Below are positions 12,054-25,385 of a stretch of DNA of 64,000 nucleotides, in pieces. The stretch covers positions 1 through 64,000 of the forward strand of contig MNCI01002587.1 in assembly GCA_015680685.1 (NCBI GenBank), read 5' to 3'. Within the stretch, counting starts at the first letter, position 1; each line of letters begins with the position of its first letter. Made by a program: the position numbers and the translations under genes. The notes below the pieces were generated by a model. The model was not told the origin of the DNA, made no database searches, and worked only from the letters and a program-made list of their open reading frames with translations. The stretch comes from Gnetum montanum (lineage: Eukaryota > Plantae > Gnetophyta).

Positions 12054-15000
12054 GTGTTGCTTAATGTTCTTATGGTTGATATGCAAGATTGAAGTATGAA
12101 CATTTGGAAGTAATTCAGTGGGCATTTGAGTTTAAGTGGACCTCATGGTGATGTTGAACAATGCATCAACTTTAATTGCCTAGATCTTGAGCCTAAGAGT
12201 CCAATTGATCACATAGCCTCAATAGAAAAACCTCTAGAGTGGCTTGAAAACCTAGTTAAAACCCTTGACCTTTAAATTAGCAATATCGCCAAGAACTCTC
12301 TAGTTGAGGTTCTTCTCAAAAAACATAGTGCTGAGGAGAAAACACTAAAATTAAGTTCCTCACTAGAACCTCAACAAGCTCAAGACACCACCAAGGTCCT
12401 CTAGAATAACATTAATATCTTTGCTTGATCATATGAAGATATTCCATGTCTTGACCCATGCCTAGTGCAACATAACATCATAGTCGATCTTAGTATTAGA
12501 CCAATTAAGAAAAAATTTTGAAAGATTAGGCTAGATTTACCCCTAGTAGTTCATGATGAGATCATAATATTATACTAAGATGGTTTCATTAGAGCTATTG
12601 ATTACTTAGAATGGATGTCCAACATAGTGGTAGTCCCTAAGAAAAATGGAAGTATATGTATATGTATTGATTTGCTAGACCTGAATAAGGTAACCATTAA
12701 AGATGATTTTCCTTTGTATAGTATTGATGAACTTATCGATACTACAACTAGAGATGTCTTGCTATCCTTCATGGATGGGTCCTTGAGATACAACCAAATT
12801 AGGATTAACCTAGAACATCAACTTAGCATGATGTTCATGATCCATTATGGTGCCTTTGATTACACCATGATGTCCTTTGGCCTAAAGAATGTAGGAGAAA
12901 CCTACCAAAGTGTAATGACATATATCTTTAGTGACTATATGTTAGGAATACTCAATGATTATGTAGATCATATAACCATTAAGTCCAAAATGGCTAAAGC
13001 CCATGTGCATGACCTTAACCTTGTGTTGAAATGGTGTCTCAAATATGAGCTTAGGCTTAACCTAAAGAAGTATGTCTTTGGCATTAAAACTAGTAAGATG
13101 GTTAGCTTCATAGTATCTAAAGTGGTAATACACATTGATCTTAATAAGGCTAAGGCCATATCCAACTTGGTAGCACCAACCAATCTTAAGAAGATTTAGA
13201 GATTAAAAAATAGATTGCAATTTATCTGTAGGTTTATTACTAGGCTTATGGATAAGTTACAACCCATGCATCACTTGCTTAAGAATGGAGTTCACTATTA
13301 GTGAATGACTTAAATCCAAAAAGCCTTTTAAAACCTTAAGCAAGAGTTGGAAAAATTACCAATGGTCTATCCACCATAAGAGGGTAAGCCTTTTTACATC
13401 TACCTTGCTATCTTTGACATGTCCATTGCCTATGTACTCTATTAGAAGTGAGATGATGGAGTAAATCTTCCTGTATATTGCCTAATCCATGCATTATCTA
13501 CCCATGAGACCCAATACATATAAGTGAAGAAGTATTTTCTAGAATTGGTCTTCTCACTAATGAAGTAGAGGCACTACATCTTTAGGAGCTAAGTTAGGTC
13601 ATCTATAAGGACAATGTACTTTGATTCATAAAGACCAATATCTACAAGAGTAGTCGTATCACCCTTTGGAAAGCCATAATAGCTGATTTTGACTTTCATT
13701 GCATATCTCAAGCCTCAACAAAAGGCCAAGAGATAGCCACACAACTTACTATCTCATCGATAGATGATCATGTAGCCATAGACCCCAAATTCATTGACGA
13801 ACATGTTAACATTGTTAGCTAAGTACTTGAGGGATATGAGATAGTTATGAACTTTGACAAAGCTTCAAATATCCATGAGGATAGTGCTACTACCATCATA
13901 ACATTTCCATGTGGTCAAATCCAATTCTTTGCTTACTATTTTAAATTTTAATGTACCAACAACATAGTAGAGTATGAATGATTGATCATGGAAATGATGG
14001 TAGCCTGTGGCCAAGGAATCAAACGTCTCATAATTATAGGTAATTCAAAACTTATGGTTAACTAAGTAATAGAGATTCATGCATGTAAATCCAACCATTT
14101 GTAACCTTATTATGACTTAGAAAAGAAACTAATGCAATAATTCATAGATGTTGCTATCGAACATGTACCTTGAATCGAGAACACACTAGCCAATGTCATT
14201 GTAACCTTAACTCTTAGTTTGGCACCTAATGTATTTAGTAAGCAACCTAACTTAATTGTGGACTATGCTATTCCCATCAAGAAAAACTCCAAGGATAAAC
14301 TTATCACCTCCATCAGTAGTTCTCCTTTAAGGGAATGGCATGACAATATGAAGTTTAACCTCATGCATGATGAATGTCCACAAGGCCTAACTACTTAGAA
14401 GAATGTTGTACATAAAAGATCAAAATATTATGCCATCATAGGCAATAATACATTGTGTCAATGGTCCTATGATGTCATATTATTAGTGTGCTTGGGTAAA
14501 ACCAAATCTTGCATAGTCCTTAAACAAGTCCATAAGGGTGTATGTGGAGAACATATAGGACTTAGGGCCATGGCTATTAAGATTAGATGGCTAGGCTAGG
14601 ACTAGCCATATATAGAAAATGATTACCTACAAAAGGCTAAAACCTATGACACTTGTCAACAACATAGTAACCTAATACATGTGCCACCAATTGAGTTATA
14701 TACTACTCATATAACTTAGCCATTTCAACAATGGGGGTTGGATATCATTGAACCTATAGCACCTAAGTCTTCTATAGGGAATAGCTTCATCATCATCATA
14801 ATTAAATACTTTACAAATTGGATTGAAGCTGTTCCCCTAAGGAAAACAATGTCTCAACAAGTCTGTAGATTTATAATTGATACCATGGTAGCCCATTTTG
14901 ACATACCTACAACCATAGTTATGCATAATGGACCACAATTTATTAGGTAATAAATGAAATATTTTTATCAAGACCTAGGTATTAAACATTCCTTTTCATC

Positions 15001-15574
15001 ATTGTACTACCCTTAAGCTAGTGGGCAAGCTAAAACTAACAACAAGGCCATCATAAACTTGCTAAAAAAGATGTTGAACAAGAGAAAATGTAAGTGGCAT
15101 GAGTGTCTTGTCCATGCACTATGGGACTACTGAATGACCTATTGGACCAAAATTGGTGTCACTTCATATATCTTAGTTTATGATTCTAAAGTTGTTTTAC
15201 CTCTTGAATTACAGGTCCCATCACTTTGAGTGGCTCTATCAAACTTCATCAATGATGAAAAAAACAAGGAGATGCATACCATGGACCTAAACTTAGTAGA
15301 GGAGCAATGAGTATAAATGCTTGTTCACATTGAGTGGTACTAGGAAAGGTAGAAACAACAACACTACCATAACTTAAACAAACAAAAGATCAGGAAGGAA
15401 GACCTAGTTCTCAAGGTTGTCCATGAACATATGAACACATTCTTAACAAACTAGTAAGGACCTTTCTTGATCACCAAGGCCTATGGCAATGGAGCCTTCA
15501 AAATGGCAAACATGGATGGAAATGAATAAGCCAATTTGATCAATCGTTCCTACGTAAAATTTTATTATATCTAA
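12054..15574 (+). pseudogene. pol: pol of element B: RT, RNase H, archaeal-type RNase H (aRH), integrase
   Basis: ORF 12615-13199 with SFMDG..YNQI, MSFGLKNVG.TYQ, YVDH; aRH-like TNNIVEYE near 13955; integrase DIIEPIAPKSS...FTNWIEAVPL; many stops. Confidence 0.9.
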
Positions 15575-16646
15575 CACATTTTCTTGGTAGGTACCAACAT
15601 CTACATACACGATCATGGTGACCAATAATAATTAAGCCAAAATTCTTTTCTCTACCTCTTATTACACAAAAAATGGACTAAAAAGTTTTGTAACATTTGT
15701 AATGAAAGAGCTAGATCCATTTAGGTGTAACAATTGTGACCTTTGGTGGCTTGATTTTTTGCTTCTTTCATCTAACCCTATGCATTGTATTGTGATAATG
15801 TCTTTTCTTTATCTTGTTTTGTTATTCTCTTGAAGTTTTGCTTATAGGATGAAGCTTGAAGTCATTGTAAATGTACAAATTATTATGATAACAAGTTAGC
15901 ATGTGACCTTAATGTGTAAGATTTGGTAGGTTTGTGATATCATGCCAAGAGCACTTATCCCAATTCATGCCAATTACCTCTCCTTGATCTCAAACTCGTA
16001 GCCTAATTATGACCTCTCTTACCTTAAATGATAATAGTAACCTATGTTTGATACTCATGCATTATGACCATTTGATATCTCCTTTGTCATGCTCCATCAT
16101 CAAATCCATTGGGTGTAACACATCTCATTAAATTGAAAAACCAAATGAAACCTAGCCTTGGTAATGAAACCCAATGAAGCTTTTCTTCCCTAAAAAATGA
16201 AGGAGAAAGTGAATTTCCAAGAAGCTAAATGGCTAATTAGGACCAAAAGGTAAACTAATGGCTTCAAACATGCAAAGGGAGAAGCCTCATAGGCAAGTAA
16301 ACCTTAGAATCAGCTGTTGGTTCCTCAAAAACATTACTAAGTGACTGATTGTTTAAAGCACAAATCATAATGTCCTTATTTATTATTCAACATATCATTG
16401 CCATATCATAGTCATGATGTCAACCTATGGAACTCATTATTAATCCTCCTAACCATTTCTTGGTGACCAAATATGACCTTCAACTTTTACTATCTCATCA
16501 TAACCTTATCTTGTTATCAAAAAGCACTTTGTGGCATAGTTTGATACTACAAGGTTAATCGTGGAGAGGAAGCATTGGTGATGGACTCATAATGGTATTT
16601 AGGATTCTTTGTTGATGTCTCTTGGGTCAATCCTCCAACCATCATC

Positions 16647-16659
16647 AAAGAGAGGCAAA
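16647..16659 (+). promoter_or_regulatory. polypurine tract of element B
   Basis: AAAGAGAGGCAAA before TGAAACACC. Confidence 0.8.
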
Positions 16660-18073
16660 TGAAACACCACCAAGAAAACACATGTTTTAACTTGTAATAT
16701 TTATCACCCAAATAAAGGAAAGATCTTATTGTAAATGTAAGGTTTTTGGCCCATGAGCTATAGTCTTACATACTTTAACCTTTTGGGATTGACAAATTTC
16801 TCATAAAGTGCTACTACCTCCCAAGTGGAAAAAGTGTTATTATGTCTATATATGGGCTTGGGAAGGCTAAAAATTCCTTGGGGACTACCAAATTTGGTAT
16901 TTTCATGGATTTTTGTAAGGGTATAGTCTCAACTACACTAGAACCACCTACACCTAACATTGGTGGTGTTGGATTTTTCATTTTCCAAAAATTCCTTACA
17001 TAGTTTTCATGAAACCCAACATGGATATTGTAAGGCCAACATTGATGATGTTGGGTTCTCAATTTTGCAACATTTCCCAACATAGTTACTACAATTCCCA
17101 GCAATTGCTACATGGCTAGCATAGTCATTTTAGATCTTTAGCAATATTCACATGTCCATCTTAGTCACCACATTTCCTAGCAAATTCCAACAATGCCAAT
17201 GTAGCTCTCTAAGACAAGTGTAGTTGAGGTGAAGCCAATGTAGTAACAAAAGTCCTTTTACTATTTTTAGTATCTGATGTGGTTTTAATGATCCTTGGGT
17301 ATCAAAACTTACCATAAATGGTCAAGTATGCTAGAAATCATGGCTTGCAATACCTACAAATAAAATCAATATGTTAAAAATCATGACAAAAATTTGTAGC
17401 CCAAATTCAACAATTTCAAAGCCTATAAAAGTCAAATTTGAACACTCTTTTCAAGTTTTGAAACATTTTTCCAACCATACCATTGTAGCAACCTTAAGCA
17501 CCAAAAAATCAATTTTCAATACTTGCAAGACTTGTGGAGCAATCTGATGCCTACTTGAGCACCAAAGATTCTTAGCATAGTATTATTATCACAAAAGTCA
17601 AATACCATTGTTCACATCATTTACATCCAAAAGTTGTAGATTTAGGCAAAAACTACTAAGAGGATTTCAACAAGTGGAGTTGGAAAGTATCTAGATCATG
17701 GAGTTTGAATACAGAACACAACCTATTAACTCCAATTGGCTTCAAGATTCATTCAAACAAGCTTATTGTGCACTTGAGCATACAATTTGTACTTCTCTAA
17801 CTCCATACTTTGAGCATTTTGCTATTTTAATAAAGTTTATCAATTCATTTGTAGTGTAGATTTTATTCCAAGTATAATTTTGTGATTATTTTCCATTGAA
17901 TCTACAATTTTATTTTACCTTTGGTGTTTACATTTTCTAAGTCCCTAGGTGATTGGCTAGATCATCCAAGGCACATTGGATCCTATTTCGCAAAAGCCCT
18001 TAGGCTCCAAGGTTATGACTACTTTGCCTAAAATTTTAGGTTTTTCTAGCAATTGAATTTTTCAAGCATAAAA
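16660..18073 (+). repeat. 3' LTR of element B (end approximate)
   Basis: Collinear with the LTRs at 24009-25385 and 22043-23383; TATA CCTATAAAA near 17422. Confidence 0.75.
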
Positions 18074-21020
18074 AACACAATGGACCTTGTAACTACTAAC
18101 ACATATAGTAATGAGAAGATGAGAAAATTGTAATTCTTCATTTCTAGAGTCAATCTTCACCTCACTATCGCTAAATTTTAGCATTGGTTGATGCCCACTT
18201 TTCCTAAGGAAAGCTTGCTCAATGATATATTGGATTGATTCTTTATTTGTAGGCATGTATCTACTCACAATGATAAAAGTCAAAACTTGAGTTAGCATAT
18301 TTTTGTGAGTAGGAAAAGTCATGACCAAGTCATATAGGTTCGATGATGTGTTTTTTAGTTTGAGGGATCATTTGGATTGCTTCATTGTTGCAAGAAAACT
18401 CTTTCCCTTGGCATGTAACCTTTAGGTCTTAGTGGTTTTAACTTCCTTTATTCTTCCTAGAATTTGAGAATTAGGTCTTAGTGTTTGTGCCTTAGGTCGC
18501 TTGTTCATGGATGTAGCTAGTTTGGATGTAAGTCTAGGTGAATTAGTTCATTTTAAAGCCTTTTGTTATTGATCACCTTCAATGGGCTTGGTTGTTGGTT
18601 TGGTGAATGGTTATTTGTGTCACTATTATCATGATGATTCCTTGCATATCATTGATTTGCTGGCCATTATAGCTGGGCTTTGTTTACCAATTGTTGTGGG
18701 CTTACTTATTGAAGGTGCAAGGACCTGAATAATGAATGGTTCCTTAGGCTTTGAAGGATTAGTATCTCATGGTCTAAGTTGTGAAGTTGATGTCACTAAA
18801 GATGGGATACGTATGATGAAAGGCTTCTTAGGGGACAAAAGAGGTGGTACCCATATGATGAAGGGCTCTCTAATCTTTTTGTTTTGGGGCCACAGTGGTA
18901 CTTTAATGATAAATGGTTTCCTAGGAGAATTAGACCATTTGGTTTCTACAAATGAGGCTATAGTGTAAAAGTTATTGTTGGTGCTTGGAGAGTTGGGCTA
19001 ATTCAACACCAACTCTCCATGGTCAACCACCTTCTAAAGGTCATCCTTTAATGGTAGAGAAAAATTAGTATCATGACCAACCATTTAATGATAATGGCAA
19101 TACCTATCTAGTATAAAGTACTTTTGTAACTTGGGATTATCCTTAGTTGCTATTGTTGGATCTCTAGATATGTGACAAAGATGATTATGAATCTTATGAG
19201 CCTCCTCAGATAGTTGCTTATGTTGCATATGATTGTCTTTAAGAAACTACTCTAGAAGCTTAGAGGGCTTCATACGTGACCTTATGTATATAGACCTATC
19301 CTTACATCCAAACTTTGTTCTTGATGGATTTGGATTGTATAAAGTGGATGGTTGTGATGAGTTAGGGGATGTGTTACATCGTAGTGATCCTTCCTCTTTT
19401 CTTGTTTTAACTCCTTGGATACTACATCCATATTTGTATGTTCTTATCTAGTTTTACTAACATTCCTCATGTGCTAGTTTTTATAGGCCACGTAGGCTAG
19501 GTCATTACTTGCCTCAATTACCTCCTTGATGTTCTTGGTTTGTGAGAAGGCTTAACTTAATGATCAAAGCTCTAGGTAGCATATCTTTAACTTAATTAAG
19601 TTATTTACAGCTCCTTTAAAGATGGAAAAATATGATTTTTAGAAATAGGCTCTTGGATCTCATTGAGCATTGAATTCCATCTTTGAATGAACCTTTTAAC
19701 TAGTTTAGGTGGCCTCTACTTTACCTTCATCAATTGATCCAATGTGGCACCTAGCTTGAACTTGTATTTGAAGAAGTTGATAAATTGGTTAATCAAGTCC
19801 TCAAGGAAAGAGATGGAACCTCTAGGTAAATTTTGGTACCAATCTAGAATCTTTCCCTTAAGGGACATGGGAAAAATCCATAGTATCATATGAAGCCAAG
19901 CCTGCAAAAAGGGGTACTTAGATTGAAAGATGACCAAGTATGCATTGGAATCCCCTTCATCATTGCATTTGGTAAAGTTTAGTATGTACATACTTGTAGG
20001 TAAGATCATTTCAGACACAATAGGGCTTATAGGATCATCTTTGTAAAAGTCTAGAACCATGACCATCTAAGTTGTAATGCCCTTGAGTTTCCATAGTTCT
20101 TTGATAAGATCCTGGATCATTTGAAAGGCTTGATCTAATTCTTGGGACATCCCTATGGACTGTAGTATCTATATCAATGATTGAGGAGGTAGTTGTGAGG
20201 CTTGGGTATGTACAATTGACATTGGAAAAGAAGGAAGAGGTTGTGTGACCACCATCATAGGTGGGTTAGATAAGGAGAAAAGAGATTTGAGTTGGGTCAT
20301 GTGGTATGAAGGGAGAAAAGGAAGTATGAGAGGCCTATGTTGTTTGGGGCCCATATGAGGGTTCTACTAGCATGGCAAATGGAGATAGTGAGGTAGACAT
20401 TAGTAGGGTTAGGTACATGATATAAGGTTGTACTGTAAAGGACATGGATGAAAATAAGGATGTGGTTTGAGACACGGGTTGTGCCTAGTATGGAGATATT
20501 ATATGTGTAGACCCAAGCATAGTAGGATGGATAAGATGGAAATTGGATTGAGGAACTTGTTTCACCAATGAGGTAGGAGCCATGGAGTTGGGGGTAGCTA
20601 CTTGGAAATCTACACATTGGAAAAGACTCTTGATGAAGGTGCCTAGCTCTAGTTTGGCCTCAAACTCATCATGCTCTTCTTGGTGATCCTCTGAGCTAAT
20701 TCCCTCACTAAACCCATCAAGTTCTATGAGTTATATGAGAAGTTATCCATAAAAGTCATTCAGGGGAATTTGTTCATAAGGAGATGGAATGTATTCTTTC
20801 CCATTCCATTGTAAAATTTTGAATTGATGCTTAGTGTCAAATTCAGAGCATGGTATCAAGAGACCAGCTTGCATCTTGACACAGAGGAATGTTTAGAGCT
20901 CCTCATTAATCATAAAAATTTCTTGGTTCTTGTCCCTTTGCCTAAGTAATTGTCTTCATTCTATGACTATAGGGTCTTTTGAATCATAAATGCTTACAAC
21001 ATCTTGGCTAGAGGCCATGT
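18074..21020 (-). pseudogene. gag: gag-protease remnant of element C
   Basis: ORFs 19716-20066, 20169-20617 (Pro/Ser-rich) and 18062-18328 collinear with E gag-PR. Confidence 0.75.
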
Positions 21021-22020
21021 ATGCAGGGTCTAGTAGTAGAATGGTTGATCTATGAAAAGACATTAATTGGCATAAAAAAACTACACCATGCCAAAAAAAA
21101 CTACGTTGGACTTTAAAAATTCCATCAATTATTATGAAAATTTAAGAATGGAAAATGTCGTTATTTGTAATATGTTGGTTTTGAAATGATACACTAGTAT
21201 TGTTTAAAAAAATACACTAGTGATAAAAGAGCAATTTTTTTATTTTCTTTTTTAAGGGATTTTTTTTCCTTTATGGAAACTATGCTGGGTTTTATTGTGC
21301 AACCAAGAAAAAGTATTATTTTTCAAATGATACACTAGGATTTTGAAAAACAACACTAGGGTCTATGGGGATGAGGAAATGTAATTGATCCACCAAAACT
21401 ACATTGGGTAGTTTGGTAAAGGGAGAAAGGTGGGTGTGTTTAATTTAATTTTAAATTAATTAAATCAAAATTATAGCAAATGGAATTTTCCAAGGTGCAA
21501 AGGGGTTTTGCCTAAAAATTGGTTACAACTACAATCGTTGGTGTAGTGTAGGTTGCAAGGTAAGTGTTGAAAAAACTTACACTAGATTTGCTAGCAAGAA
21601 CTGCACTAGGGGTGGTAAGCAATCAATTACATTTTTCCAACAAAGTAACATTGAGGATGCCCCCCTCCTAAAAAGGTTCATGGGTTTTAACAAGGTATGT
21701 GTAGAATGTTTAATTTTCCCAATACTACATTCAGGTTTTGGAAGAAAACCAAGTTGGTCATGATCACAAAATTTCACAGTAGGGAATTTAGGTTTTGGAA
21801 GCAAAACCATGTTGGCTTTGAAAACTCAAGTAATTGCTATGAAAATTTTGTTAACACCCAAATCATGTGCAACTCTAATGCTAGCTTTTAGTGGCAAGAA
21901 TATGAGTAGCAGCATTGGTTTTCTTGGTAGAAATTTTCAAAATGGCTTTGAATGTTTTATATTCTAGAAAACTTGGTTTTAGAAGGTAAATCAAATTTTG
22001 GCAAAGAGCTGGGACAAAGG

Positions 22021-22037
22021 TCCTCCTTCTAGTGCTA
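22021..22037 (-). promoter_or_regulatory. degenerate primer binding site (tRNA-Asn type) of element C
   Basis: Minus strand TAGCACTAGAAGGAGGA vs TGGCGCTAGAAGGAGGG, 5 nt from the LTR end. Confidence 0.7.
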
Positions 22038-22042
22038 GAAAC

Positions 22043-23383
22043 TATAACACCTAAAAATTTTAGTTGCTAGAAAATCAAAAATTCCAAGTGAAATAGCCCA
22101 ACTTCAGATCCCAAGCACCTTTGAGAAGAGGATCCAAAGTAGCCTAGATAATCTTACCAATCATCCAAGGACTTAGGAAGTCTTAATAGGGGTGAATAAA
22201 TTCTAAATATATTGTAGATCCAATCTAAAAAAACAAATGAACAAATCATAATAAATTTTCACCAAAAATGAATTGTAGGCTTTATTACAATAATAAAATA
22301 TTAAAAATAAAGAGTCCAAGAATGTGTACAAATTATGTGCCTAGATGCATAGGGAGTTACTTAGATGAAGCTTGAAGCTCATGGAAGCCGACAGGTTGTG
22401 AGCTGTAGTTAGCCTCACAATCCAAGTTCTTCCTAACTTCGATTGTCAAAACTCCTTATGGGTTTTTTACTTAGATCTATAGCATTGGTGAATAGAGGTA
22501 AGGTTATGCAATGTTGGTGCAAAGGAGGTAAGGTTTATGCTTAGCTTTTTGGTGTTGAGAAATGCACTAAGAGTCTTTAATGCTCAACCAATTGTCAATT
22601 TTTCAAAAGGTCTTGAAAATGCCAATGGTTGTAAGTGTTCAGGGTTGTAAAAATTTTCCAATCCCCACTAGAACCTATTCAATGTGTTCAAAATTTTTAT
22701 TTATAGGTGATAGGATTGTTATTTTTGGTGCTACAAATTTCTACCATGATTGTTGAAAGATTGATACAATTTCTAGGTGTAACATGCCTCTAATTCAAGC
22801 ATAGTTTCTATTTATGGTAAGATTTGATACCCATAAGGTCATCAAAGCCATGTTGGATACATAAATAGTAAATAGAAATTTCATCCACACTAGCTTCTCC
22901 CACCCACCCTAGTTTTCTAGTAGCAACACTAGAGTTGTAGGAGCAATGCTAAGATTCATTGAAAATGGAAACCCCAACCACTTCAATTTTGCCTTTGTGG
23001 AGCAATGTTAAAGGTTATGAAAGAAATGCTAGAAACTATTGGAAAAATGAAAACTCAAACCCCCAAATGCTAGGTTCAAGTGGTTCCAACGTAGTTAAGG
23101 CTATACACCAACAAAAACCCATGAAAATGCTAAATTTTGCAATTCCCAAGGCATTGTAAACCTTCCCAAGCTTAAATATAGACATGGCATGTCTTTTTCC
23201 ACTTGGTAAGTGAGGCTATGATAACTTATGAGACATATTTTAGCCCTAAAAGTCTAAGCATGCAAGATTGTGGCTCATGGACTACAAACTTTACATTTTA
23301 CAATGAAAATATAGCCTCAAGTATAGGGGTAAAGGTTACAAGATCAGAAAGATTACAACATGTATTTTCTTGGTGGTGTTTCA
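22043..23383 (-). repeat. LTR of element C, flanked by both a PPT (23384-23396) and a PBS
   Basis: Minus strand AAAGAGAAGCAAA-TGAAACACCACC ... GTGTTATA; reverse-complement homolog of 24009-25385. Confidence 0.8.
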
Positions 23384-23544
23384 TTTGCTTCTCTTTGTTA
23401 ATGTTTGGAGTATTAACCTAAGAGACATTGACAAAGAATATAAAACACCATTGTAGGTCCATCACCAATGTTTCCTCTCCTTGCTTGATTTTGTAGTGTC
23501 AAACCATTTAATATAGGTTAAAGGTTATATTTAGTTTCACCTCA

Positions 23545-25385
23545 AATAGGAGAAAGCAAATATGTCAAGAAGTCAAAAGATCAATGAAGATGAAAAGAGA
23601 GATCAATGGCTCCAAACAAACAAAGGAAGGAGCCTAATGGCCAAAGAAACTTTAGAGTAAGATATTGATTTCTCAAAAACATTATCGAGTGATCAACACT
23701 TCAAAGCATAAAGCATAGAGATTATATCGATTAACCAGAATGTTATCATCATAACCATAATTATGATTGTCAACATTTGAAACTCATTGTTAATCCTTAT
23801 GACCTTTTCTTTGTGACCAAATATAACCTTCAACCTATATCACATCATTGTAATTTTATCTTGTCATCACAAGCACTCTTTAGCATAGTTCGATACTATA
23901 GAATCAAGCGTGGAGAGGAAATGTTAGTGATGGACCTACAATGATGTTATGTATTCTTTGTCAATGTTTCTTGAGTCAATCCTCCAAATATCGACAAAGA
24001 TGAACCAATGAAACACCATCAGGAAAATACATGTTGTAGCCTTTTTGGCCTTGGAACCTTCACCCTTATACATGAGGCTAGATTTTCATTGTAAAATGTA
24101 AAGTTTGTAGCCCATGAGTTGCAATATTTCATACTTGGACTTTTGGGGCTAAAAAATGCCTCCTAAGTTATCATATCCTTACTTCCCAAGTGGAAAATGT
24201 TATATCATGTCTATATTTGTTCTTGGGAAGATTGAAAATGCCTTGGGAGCTACCAACTTTGGCATTTTCATGGGTTTTTGTGGGGGTATAGCCTCAACTA
24301 TTCTAGAACCACATGCATTCAATGTTGGGGGGTTTGGGCTTTCATTTTTTCAATATTTGTGAGCATAGATTCCATAACCTTCAACATTGCTCCAAAAACC
24401 CAACGTTGGAGTAGTAAGGGATTTGGTTTCACAAGACTAGCATTGCTCCAACATTTCAATATGAATCCCATGAAGACAACATGGTTGGATGCAATCAGCA
24501 TAGTTGGAAAAGTTTATTTACTATTTATGGTATCTAACATGGTTTTGATGGCCTTCAAGGTATCAAAACATAGCATAAATGGAAACTACACTGGAATTAA
24601 AGGCCTAATATAGTTGAAAATTATATCAATCTATTAGCAATCATGGAAAGAATTTGTAGCACCAAAAATAGTAATCCTAAGGCCTATAAATAAAACTTTT
24701 GAATGCATTAAATAGGTTCTAGGGGAGATTGGAAAATATTTTGCAACCTTGAGCACTTGTAACCATCAACATTTGCAAGACTTTCTAAAAAATAGGCAAT
24801 TGGCTAAGCATTAAAGACTCTTGATGCATTGCCCAACACCAAAAAGCCAAGTAAAAAGTTTACTCCCTTTGCATCAATGTTGCATAACCTTACTCCCTAT
24901 TTACCAATGTTGCATAACCTTACTCCCTATTCACCAATGTTGTATATTTGAGTGAAAAAATTCCATGGAGTTTTGATGATTGAGGTTGGAAAGAACTTGG
25001 ATTATGAGGCTGACTGTAAATCACAACCTACTAACTTCAATAGGCTTCAAGTTTCATCTGAGTATGTCCCTATGCATCTAGGCATATAGTTGGTACACAT
25101 TTTTGAACACTTTACTTTCAATATTTTATTATTATAATAAATCTTGTAGTTCATTTGTTATGCAAATTTATTACAATTTTATTTTGTGCATTAATTTCTT
25201 TTGCTTAGATCTACATTATTTTTAAATTTTATTCATCCCTATTAAAACTCTCTAAGTTCCTAGGTGATTGGCAAGATTGTCTAGGATGCTTTGGATCCTC
25301 GTCACAAAGGCCCTTAGGATCTGAAGTTAGGTTGTTTCACCTAGAATTTTTTGTTTTCCAGAAATGAAATTTTTTAAGTGTTACA
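23545..25385 (+). mobile_element. Element D fragment: Tat 3' UTR, PPT (23996-24008) and LTR (24009-25385)
   Basis: 3' UTR matches 16200-16659; LTR TGAAACACC...AAGTGTTACA. Confidence 0.8.

Larger units (their letters stand above)
8473..18073 (+). mobile_element. Element B: 3' part of a Tat-clade Ty3/gypsy element (pre-RT spacer, RT-RH-aRH-INT, 3' LTR)
   Basis: Continuous degenerate pol followed by PPT and LTR; the 5' part is displaced by element A. Confidence 0.85.
18074..23540 (-). mobile_element. Element C: Tat-clade element 5' half (LTR, PBS, gag, start of protease), interrupted by B
   Basis: Minus-strand Gag ORF 19716-20066 (DFYKDDPISP...FTKCNDEGDSNAYL) homologous to E Gag; protease lead-in LLITICVSSYKVHCVF stops at the B LTR end. 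Confidence 0.8.

Noticed and set aside
12602-13183. Minus-strand ORFs over RT (likewise 50250-50531, 61423-61722, 41546-41911, 44856-45164)
   Set aside because: Shadow frames opposite real coding sequence
24874-24942. 29-bp tandem duplication in the D LTR
   Set aside because: Single local slippage, absent from sister LTRs; no functional signal
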